Shown here in pieces: positions 1 through 8,227 of a stretch of DNA of 64,000 nucleotides. Below the pieces are notes generated by a model. The model had not been told where the DNA came from, did no database searches, and worked only from the letters and a program-made list of their open reading frames with translations. Position 1 is the stretch's first letter, and each line of letters begins with the position of its first letter. The stretch covers positions 768,001-832,000 of the forward strand of contig CAWCUS010000006.1 in NCBI GenBank assembly GCA_963798845.1, given 5' to 3'. This DNA is from an uncultured Gemmatimonadales bacterium. Its GTDB lineage: Bacteria; Gemmatimonadota; Gemmatimonadetes; Longimicrobiales; RSA9. The translations under genes and the position numbers were made by a program.

Positions 1-1052
1 GGATCCCTTCGGCGTTCCCCGGGAGCGCAACGGTGGGCCGGGGAGCGAGGCCGCGGACGGAGAGGCCGCCCGCCGGTCGCTCGAGCACGGGCGCAGCGTC
101 GGCCCGGGGACCGGACCAGATGGAAGACGCCGAGGCGATCTATCTCCCGCTCTCCCTGGGACCCGGACCAGCCAACGATGTGGTCGAGCTGCCCGCGGAC
201 GCCCGCCCGATTCTGCGCGACCCGGCCCGGCTCCAGCTCGCCGAGACCATTGGCCGGCAGGCCGCCGCGGCGCTGGAGCGAGGGAGGCTGGCCGCCGAGA
301 GCCGCCGCACACAGCAGCTGGTCGAGCTGAACCGGCTGAAGTCGGAGTTCGTGGCCGTGGCCGCGCACGAGCTGAGGACTCCGCTCACGAGCCTCGGAAT
401 GGCCGTCGAGCTCCTGGCCGAGCAGGTTGGGGACGCGGGAGTCTCGCTGGGCGAGGGGCGCGGCGAATGCTCGGCGTCGCCCTGGACGACGTTGGCCGGC
501 TCCGCTTCCTCGTGAACGATCTTCTGGACCTGTCACGGCTCGAGAGCCGCGAAACACAGCTGGACCTGACTCCGCTGGCTCCGGACCGAGTGGTGGCCGG
601 GGCCGTGGATCGAGCGCTCTCGGGATGGACGGGTGCGAAGCCGGACGTCCGCTCGGACGTGCCCCCGGGGTTGCCGCCGGTACTCGCGGACACCGGCCCA
701 CGTGGAACGGGCGCTCCGCAACCTCGTGGAGAACGCGATGCGGCACGCCGGCGGACGGGGACGCGTGGTGGTGAGCGTGGACGAGATGCCGGACTGCGTC
801 CAGTTCTCGGTGGCGGACGACGGTCCGGGGCTCACTGTGGCGGAGCAGGACCGTATCTTCGAGCCGTTCGTGGGCGGGCAGCGGGCCGAAGGGCGGGCGG
901 GACTCGGGCTCGCCATTGTCCGCGGGATCGTCCGCGCCCACGGGGGTGAGGTGTGGGTGGATTCCGGCCCGGGGCCGGGCGCGGTGTTCAGCTTCACGCT
1001 GCCGCGGCTGGAAGCGGATCGTATCGGGGTTGTCAAACCAGGAGACGGATGA
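1..1052 (+). CDS. KdpD-like sensor histidine kinase, C-terminal part (GAF-HisKA-HATPase); 5'-truncated by the window, frameshifted
   Basis: Pieces lie in successive frames: GAF-like AEAIYLPL...RQAAAALER, H-box AAHELRTPLT, N-box ERALRNLVENAMRH, DDGPG, GLGLAIVRGIVRAHGG. Frame changes near 460 and 695. Confidence 0.8.
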
Positions 1053-1740
1053 TGCCTGAGAGAAGACTGCTCGTCGCGGATGACGAAGAGAACACGCGCG
1101 TCACGCTGCAGGCCGCGCTGGCGCCGCTCGGCTACGACGTCGCCGCTGGCCGCGTCCGGCGAAGAGGCCCTCGACCAGCTGGCGCGACCTGTCGATCGGC
1201 CTCGTGCTGCTCGACCTCAGGATGCCTGACATCAGCGGGCTCGACGTCCTGCGGCGGATCGAGCAGGAGCGGCCGGACCTCCGCGTCATCATCATCACCG
1301 CCCACGGGACCGTGGATGCGGGCGTGGAGAGCATGAAGCTGGGCGCCGTGGACTTCCTCCAGAAGCCGTTCTCGGTCGAGCAGGTCCGGGCGCTGGTCCG
1401 GCATGAGCTGGATCCAGCGGAGCGGACCCGGGTTCGCTCCGAGGCCTACGAGCGTGAGGTCGCGCTGGCCCGGGACGAGATCGGCGCTGGCCGGCTGGAC
1501 GTCGCCCTCGCCCACCTGAGGCGCGCGGAAGGGCTCGTCCCCGATCGCCCCGAGGCGTTCAACCTGCAGCGGCGTCGTCGCCGAGCTGCGCCACGACCGC
1601 CCCGAGGCCCAGAAGCAGTACCGGGTCGCCCTCGAGCTGGATCCCGACGTAGCCGCACGGCCCGCGACAACCTGCACGCGTCCACCCGCCGGGAACACCC
1701 GCCGCGGGCCGCCGTCGCTCGGCTGAAGCGACCCCGTTGA
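1049..1740 (+). CDS. Response regulator (receiver domain + C-terminal TPR-like helices), frameshifted
   Basis: ATGA overlap with the kinase stop; RLLVADDE, LLDLRMPDISG, TAHG, LQKPF; then TPR-like ...PDRPEAFNL...ALELDP. No HTH seen. Confidence 0.8.
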
Positions 1741-1897
1741 CCCGACCCGCGGGCCGGACCGGGTCTTTGTGGGTTCTTCACACCTCTGCCGGTCCTCTTC
1801 ATACGTTCATCACGCTCTTGTGACCATGATTTTATCGGTTTGCCGCCCGAGCGTGGCCCGACCGGACGACGCCCGCTTAACCCTCTGGCGAGCCAAC

Positions 1898-3868
1898 GTG
1901 AGCATCCAAGACGGACAGCACGACCTCGGCCGCACCGGCGCCGAGACCGCGGACCACCACCCCTCCGCCGATCCCACCGGGAAGCGGCTGGCGGTGCTCT
2001 CGCTCGCGGCGCTCGGGGTGGTCTACGGCGACATCGGCACCAGCCCGCTCTACGCCATCCGCGAGAGCTTCCACGAGGCCTACGGCCTCGCCCGTCGTGC
2101 CGCGACGAACATGCTCGGCGTCCTCTCGCTGATCTTCTGGTCGCTCATCCTGGTCATCTCGGTCAAGTACCTGGTCTTCATCCTGCGGGCCGACAACCGG
2201 GGCGAGGGGGGCATCCTGGCGCTCACCGCGCTGGTCACGTCCGTCCAGGCGCGGGCAGCGAGAAGGACGAGGCTGGGTGCTCTGATCCTGCTGGGCCTCT
2301 TCGGCGCCGCGCTCCTGTACGGGGACGGCATGATCACGCCGGCCATCTCGTGCTGACCGCGGTGGAGGGCCTGGAGGTGGCCACGCCGCTTCTTCAGCCG
2401 TACATGATCCCGATCACGGTCGCGCATCCTGGTTGGGCTCTTCCTGTTCCAGAGCGGGGCACGGCGGGGTGGGGAAGGTGTTCGGGCCGGTCACCCTGGT
2501 CTGGTTCGTGCACGCTCGCGGTGCTCGGGGTCTATCCAGATCGTGCAGGCAGCCCGCCGTGCTCGCGGCCGTGATCCCGCTGCACGCGCGTGCGCGTTCT
2601 TCGTCGACAACGGGGTGCGCGGCTTCCTGGTGCTGGGCGCGTCTTCCTGGTGGTCACCGGCGGCGAGGCGCTCTACGCCGACATGGGCCACTTCGGGCGG
2701 CGCCCGATCCGCCTGACCTGGTTCGCCCTGGTGCTGCCGGCGCTGCTGCTCAACTACTTCGGCCAGGGGGCGCTCCTCCTCCGCGCACCCGGCGCCGATG
2801 GAGAACCCGTTCTACCGGATGGCGCCGGACTGGGCGCTCTACCCGCTGGTCGTCCTGGCCACCCTGGCCACGGTGATCGCCTCGCAGGCGGTGATCTCCG
2901 GCGCCTTCTCCCTGGCCATGCAGGCGGTGCAGCTCGGCTACATCCCGCGCCTGGACATCGAGCACACCTCCGACGAGGAGATCGGGCAGATCTACATCCC
3001 CGCCGTCAACTGGGCGCTGATGGTGGCGTGCATCGCCCTGGTGATCGGCTTCGGCAGCTCCAGCAACCTGGCGGCGGCGTACGGCGTGGCGGTGACCACC
3101 ACCATGGTGATCACCACCATCCTCTTCTACGTGGTGGCGCCCGGCAGCTGGAAGTGGCCGCTGCGGCGCGCCGGCGGCGGCCTGCTCGGCGCTTCTTCCT
3201 GTGCGTCGACGTCGCCTTCTGGGGCGCCAACATGGTGAAGATCCCCGACGGCGGCTGGTTCCCGCTGCTGGTCGCCGCTGGGCGTCTTCATGCTGATGAC
3301 CACCTGGAACGCGGCCGCGAGATCCTGGCGGAGCGGCTGGCAAGCGCCGAGAGCCCTCCCGTCGAGGAGTTCCTCCAGCGACCTCGCAGGCCAGCCCGCC
3401 CACGCGTGCCGGGCACGGCGGTCTTCATGTACGGCGACCCGGACGGCACGCCGCCGGCGCTGCTGCACAACCTCAAGCACAACAAGGTGCTGCACGAGCA
3501 GCGTGGTGCTCCTCGCCGTCCAGACGGAGGAGATCCCGCAGGTGCCCGCGGCGGAGCGGGTCACGCTGGTGGAGCCGCTGGGCGAGGGCTTCTACAGGGT
3601 GGTGCTCCGCTACGGCTTCATGGAGGACCCCGACGTCCCGGCGGCGCTCGCGCGCGCTTCACGGCCGAGGAGGGGCTGCAGCTCGAGCCCATGCGGACCA
3701 CCTACTTCCTGGGGCGGGAGAACCTGATCGCCACCAGGCGGCGCCGGGCATGGCGCTGTGGCGGGAGCGGCTGTTCGCGTTCATGAGCCGCAACGCACGA
3801 CCGCGACCGCTTTCTTCCGACTGCCGCCCAACCGGGTCGTGGAGCTGGGGGCGCAGGTCGAGCTCTGA
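1898..3868 (+). CDS. kup: KUP/HAK/KT potassium transporter, several frameshifts
   Basis: [70 protein letters not shown]-terminal [11 protein letters not shown]. Confidence 0.92.
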
Positions 3869-3939
3869 GTAGGCGGACAGGGCGGAGATGCGGTAGGCGG
3901 CATCAATCGATCGCCACTGTCCCGCTCGTCCCGGGACGC

Positions 3940-3963
3940 AGGTGTGGAAGCCAAGGTGTGGAA
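3940..3963 (+). repeat. 10-bp direct repeat AGGTGTGGAA x2 (candidate integrase arm-type sites)
   Basis: Exact copies at 3940-3949 and 3954-3963, ~110 bp before the tRNA-like fragment. Confidence 0.5.
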
Positions 3964-4074
3964 CCTCCCCGCGGAACACTCCGCGTTCGGTCATCCTCAA
4001 GGCGTCTTTCCCGGCCGAACAGCCAGTAACAGCGTTGAAACGTGTGATCGTCCGGAAGCCGGGAATCGCGAGGC

Positions 4075-4090
4075 AGTCCTACCGCGCCCA
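4075..4090 (+). mobile_element. Putative att site: isolated tRNA 3' end AGTCCTACCGCGCCCA
   Basis: Reads as the 3' half of a T-loop, the T-stem 3' strand, an acceptor strand (CGCGCCC) and discriminator A. The 5' part of a tRNA is absent. Confidence 0.55.
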
Positions 4091-4100
4091 TACATTTTAG

Positions 4101-4124
4101 AAGTTGTTGCGCCCCAATGGCTTA
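4101..4124. promoter_or_regulatory. Imperfect palindrome AAGTTGTTG-N5-CAATGGCTT with IHF-like CAAnnnnTT cores on both strands
   Basis: AT-richer patch in GC-rich DNA; matches the core of the IHF consensus WATCAANNNNTTR. Confidence 0.45.
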
Positions 4125-4575
4125 CGCTGCTGGGGCGTATGGCGCCGCTTCTGCCGCACGGTATCCGACGATGACGTCCAAGACCTCCTGTGGCTCCGCG
4201 ATCGCATGGGCCGCGATCTCCCGGACGCCTTGACGTGACTCCAGGTACGGCGGCCTATCGCCGCGCGGACGGCGTCGGTGCGATCCGGGCCGCGATGCTT
4301 GGCCCGTAGGCACCCGGAGCGCACGGGCTCCTCGTACACGCGTGCTGTGGCGATCGGCAGCCGGCCCGTCGCACCAGCTGTAGCGCTCATCCTGCATCTG
4401 ATGCCGTGTCCCGGCGGGAACCCCGGCGAGCTAAGTCGTGGCGAGAAACAGCCGTAGAAAACTCGCCTCGCATGTCCACTATTTCGGTACAGGACGTGCC
4501 CCTATCCACCTTTTCGACAGCCGGCGTCCGTCGGCTGCATCTCAACGTCCGACAGTTCAGGGAATCGAGGGTGCA

Positions 4576-6160
4576 ATGAAGCATCTCGTTTTCGGCGTCG
4601 TGTTTCTCGCCGCCGCCATCACCGCGTGTACGGATGCCCCGCTGCCCACCGGCGAGGGGCGGCTGGTGCCGACCAGTGCGTCGCCGGCCACGGATCCGCT
4701 GAGCAAGGCGAACCGGTTGCCCGCGTCGCTGGAGCGGAAGGTCCAGCTCACGAGGGCGGATCTGGAAAGCAGGGGTTACGAGGTGGCCCGTGGGTACATG
4801 ACCCTGTGGGGCGCCGAGGACTGCAAGGCTCCCATGCAGACCGTCGGGTTCTGCTATGGCAACAACCCGACCGCGCCATACGTCCTCGCGGTGGTTCCGC
4901 AGTGGAACGACGAGCATGTGGACCAGGCGCTGCATCACGCGCTGCTCAAGGCTCAGCGGAACATGTCGGCGATCCACCGGCTGGATGAGGGTGAGGCGCT
5001 GGTGATCCTGGCCGAGATGCCGCCGCCGGCCCGGTACTTCGGGGTGATGACGAACGTCTTCACGAGGGAAGCGGAGCCGAACCCGAACGACCCGATCTTC
5101 GAGAATCCACTGATTCCGGACGAGATGCGCTCGATCCTGTTCGCAGCCTCGCCCGTGCCCTCGCGGCTGATGCTGATCGCGAGCATCGGCGACGCCACCA
5201 ACAACGTGACCATGGAGGCGCAGAGCGGGAGCCCGCCGTGGAACCAGCAGCGCTTCTTCGTCGTCACCGCCGACCAGGGCGTGGCCGGTGACGTGACCGC
5301 GGCGCTGGTGTCGGCTGGCGTGGCCACCGAGCATGTCTTCACAGAGCGCGTCGCCCCCAGCCTCATGACGCTGGGGCTCGGCCCGGAAGCGGACGACTTC
5401 ATCACGTACATGCGCTACGCGCTCCCCGACAACCCGGTGGCGGGCGATCGAATGGCGGAAGGCGTTGCCGCTCACCGTGCTGCGCGTCAGGGACAAGAGC
5501 TCGTCCCGCATCCCGGAGCCGTTCGAGCTGGCGGACTACGAGGCGCGCACGTACAACACCGACGAGACCGACGTGACGAGCGGCCTCCCTGCCGCGTTGG
5601 ATGCGTTGGTAGACGCGGTGAAGGCGGAGTGGCAGCAGCCGAGCGCGACGACGATCCGGTACTTCAGCCTCACCCGTGACTTCGACCTGATGGGCCAGCA
5701 CTGCCTCGGCTCGATTCCGAATCGCGGCCCGATGGACTGCCTCGGTGACAACCAGGACGACGAGCCCCTCATCGGACCCTCGGTCCACCTCGACGCGGAC
5801 ACGGTGCTGGCCGTGGTCGGATCGCTTGCGACCGCAACGAACAACGCGACCTACGTGAGCCTCTCGGTCAACTGGTTCCCGATGCTGGTCGGACTCCAGA
5901 ACCTGTCGGACTCCGACCTGGCAGGCACGGCCGCGGCGTACCTCGACAGCCCCGTGTCGGACTCGTTCTACGTGTACTACTTCGCGCGGGATTGCACGGG
6001 GATCGAGCACTGCCTCGAGGTGCCGCGCAAGCTGATTCCAGACGGAGAAACCATCAAGGCGATCGTGCGCAACTACGTGGTGCCGGGCTCGGCGCGCGGC
6101 CCCGACCCGGACAAGCTGCTCATGCCGCGGGCGATCCTGCTGGACGGGAGCGGCCGGTAA
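4576..6160 (+). CDS. Uncharacterised Cys-containing lipoprotein (~525 aa), one frameshift near 5450
   Basis: GAGG SD, signal peptide with lipobox MKHLVFGVVFLAAAITAC. Protein-like sequence continues in the next frame (EWRKALPLTVLRVRD...) to TAA at 6160. Confidence 0.75.
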
Positions 6161-6168
6161 CGACAGAG

Positions 6169-6207
6169 CCGCGCCCGGATGCAGAATCCGGCTGCATCCG
6201 GGCGCGG
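6169..6207. terminator. Perfect 16-bp stem-loop between convergent genes
   Basis: CCGCGCCCGGATGCAG-aatccgg-CTGCATCCGGGCGCGG; no U-tract. Confidence 0.6.
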
Positions 6208-6261
6208 TACGGCCGTAGACTCCGCCGAAACCGATGCCCACGAACTTGCTCTCGCCGGGGC

Positions 6262-7320
6262 TCAGCCCCCCGGCGCCGCCGCCAGCCGCTCCTCCAGCTG
6301 CGACACGGCCGCGGCGATGATGCTGTCCACGCCGCGCACGGTGTCGTCGCCCGACTGCTGTACCGGGTAGTCGGGCGGCAGGCCGACGCCATCGATGGCC
6401 GGCGTGCCGTCCGGGAAGAACACGCGCCAGCGCGAGATGCGGAAGATCCAGCCGTTGGGCAGCTCCCGGTGGATGGGGTTGCCCCGGCCGCCGCCCGTGG
6501 TGTCGCCCACCGTGAACATGGTGGGCACCACCCGCACGCCCATCAGGAAGTCCTCCGTGGTGCTGAAGCAGCGACGGTTCGTGAGCACGGCGACCGGGCC
6601 GACGAAGCGGGTGCCGCGCGGCTCGACGACGCCGTCGATCAGCGGCGAGAAGTCGTCGTGCCCCGGGCCGTCCCGGTACTGGTAGCGCTCGGCCACCCGC
6701 CGCCGGTCCACGAAGCGGCCGACGATGTCCGGCACCGCGTCCGTGGTGCCGCCGCCGTTGTCTCGCACGTCGATGACCAGCGCCTTCACGCCATCCAGTC
6801 CGGCCATCGCCTCGTCCATCTCACCGCTCCACGAGGCGTCGAAGCCGGGCACGCGGATGTAGCCGATATCGGCCGTGAGCAGCCCGTACTCGATGCGTCG
6901 GCTGGCGGTGCGGCGGATCGGTGGGATGACCTGCGAGCTCGCCAGGGCCGGGTCGAAGTTGGCAGGGTAGCGGTCCCACCACGCCGTGTAGCGGTACTCG
7001 CCCACCGGTGTCCAGAGGTTGACGTGGCCGTCCTCGAGGTGGTCCAGCAGTTCCGCCATGATGCCGAACAGCTCGGTGTCACCGGTCTCCGGGTCCACGC
7101 GCGGCCGGTACACCGCGTACAGCGAGTCCCAGTCAATGCCCTTCTGGCCGAAGAACGAGTAGCTGCGGTCGACCTGCGTCCACAGCAGCTCGAAGTTCGT
7201 CTCCGGATCGTCCGCCGGGTCGGGCGGCAGCAGCAGCGTGTCCACGCAGCCGCCCGCGGCGACGGCGGCCAGCGCGAACGCGGCGGCCGGGCCGAAGCGC
7301 GGGCTCCGCGGCGCGCTCAC
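6262..7320 (-). CDS. S41 family peptidase, lipoprotein
   Basis: Lipobox AAGGC; NFELLW..VDRSYSFF, DGHVNL, IGYIRV, LVIDVRDNGGG, FSTTEDF, VGDTTGGG, GVGLPPD. GTG start overlaps the upstream TGA. Confidence 0.9.
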   Translation of the reverse strand: MSAPRSPRFGPAAAFALAAVAAGGCVDTLLLPPDPADDPETNFELLWTQVDRSYSFFGQKGIDWDSLYAVYRPRVDPETGDTELFGIMAELLDHLEDGHVNLWTPVGEYRYTAWWDRYPANFDPALASSQVIPPIRRTASRRIEYGLLTADIGYIRVPGFDASWSGEMDEAMAGLDGVKALVIDVRDNGGGTTDAVPDIVGRFVDRRRVAERYQYRDGPGHDDFSPLIDGVVEPRGTRFVGPVAVLTNRRCFSTTEDFLMGVRVVPTMFTVGDTTGGGRGNPIHRELPNGWIFRISRWRVFFPDGTPAIDGVGLPPDYPVQQSGDDTVRGVDSIIAAAVSQLEERLAAAPGG

Positions 7321-8084
7321 GGCCGCCACTCCAGCGCCAGCGACAGGCTCTGCGAGGCGACGACCAGTCGCCGCGGCTCCGGGTAGCGCAGGTACGACAG
7401 CTCGTGGGCCACCACCGCGTCCACCGCCGGGCCCAGGCGCCGGCGGTACGCCAGCACGTGGCGCAGCATGGGCGCCCGGACCGGGTCCAGCACCTCCAGG
7501 TCCGGCACCCGCTTGAGCCCGCTCCAAGGGTCTCGCATCGCCAGCGAAAGGACCGCCACGGCGAGCCCGCCCTCCAGCCCGCCGTCCGGACCCAGCTGTC
7601 GGGTCCAGCTGCCGCGCAGCTCCACCGGAGCGAACAGGTCGGCGAAGAGCTCGGTCGCCTGCGTGTAGTCGTGGGTGCGCGCGATGAGCTGGATGCGCGT
7701 GCCTGCGCCGGCGAACGCGACGAAGCCGTCGTCTCCGGAGCGGTACACCGCGCGCTGCCAGTCGAACCCCAGCCGCGCCTCGTGCGCCGCTTCCGACGTG
7801 TGCACTCCCGCGGGCCGAAGCGTCGGGCCGGCGTAGCCCACCTCGACGCCCCACGTGCCGGCGCGGCCGACAGAGCGGTAGCGCAGCGACACGTCCGCTC
7901 CGCCGCCGGTCTGGCGCAGCGGCGAGGCGATCACGTCGGCGATGCCCTGGTGCAGTACGCCGACGGCGATGCCCAGGCGGCCGGTGCGGTCGCGGTCCGA
8001 CCGCTGGCATACGGCGGGATGGGGAGCCAGGAATGCCGCGACGAAGGCGATGGAGAGAAGGCGGTCCGGGAGCGGGCGTGGCAT
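7317..8084 (-). CDS. Hypothetical exported protein, probable outer-membrane beta-barrel
   Basis: Signal peptide, alternating amphipathic strands, C-terminal LSLALEWRP. Confidence 0.6.
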   Translation of the reverse strand: MPRPLPDRLLSIAFVAAFLAPHPAVCQRSDRDRTGRLGIAVGVLHQGIADVIASPLRQTGGGADVSLRYRSVGRAGTWGVEVGYAGPTLRPAGVHTSEAAHEARLGFDWQRAVYRSGDDGFVAFAGAGTRIQLIARTHDYTQATELFADLFAPVELRGSWTRQLGPDGGLEGGLAVAVLSLAMRDPWSGLKRVPDLEVLDPVRAPMLRHVLAYRRRLGPAVDAVVAHELSYLRYPEPRRLVVASQSLSLALEWRP

Positions 8085-8227
8085 GCGTTGCCTCGGCACA
8101 AAGGACGCGGAAGTGGGGAATGACCGCAAGTTAACGCGCGAGTGTGCGCGTTTCCGGTCAGGAAAGCCCGGAAATCGTTGTGGGGGAACGCCCGCCTTCC
8201 AGATCGGGCGCTCTCGCTCGGCTTCCC

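Noticed and set aside
1739..1770. Terminator after the response regulator
   Set aside because: 6-bp outer stem with a large irregular loop and short U-tract; too weak to call.
1..3868. Programmed frameshifting or true pseudogenisation of kinase/regulator/kup
   Set aside because: Too many scattered indels, no slippery sites, no nonsense codons and well-preserved motifs; sequencing error is more parsimonious.
3940..3963. CRISPR-like repeat
   Set aside because: Only two 10-bp copies 14 bp apart; no spacers, no cas genes.
4020..4090. Intact tRNA gene
   Set aside because: Only the last 16 nt fit; no 5' acceptor strand, D arm or GTTC upstream.
4097..4397. Minus-strand ORFs as a possible gene remnant (YLESRQGVREIAAHAIAEP...)
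   Set aside because: Partly protein-like but no recognisable family or start signal.
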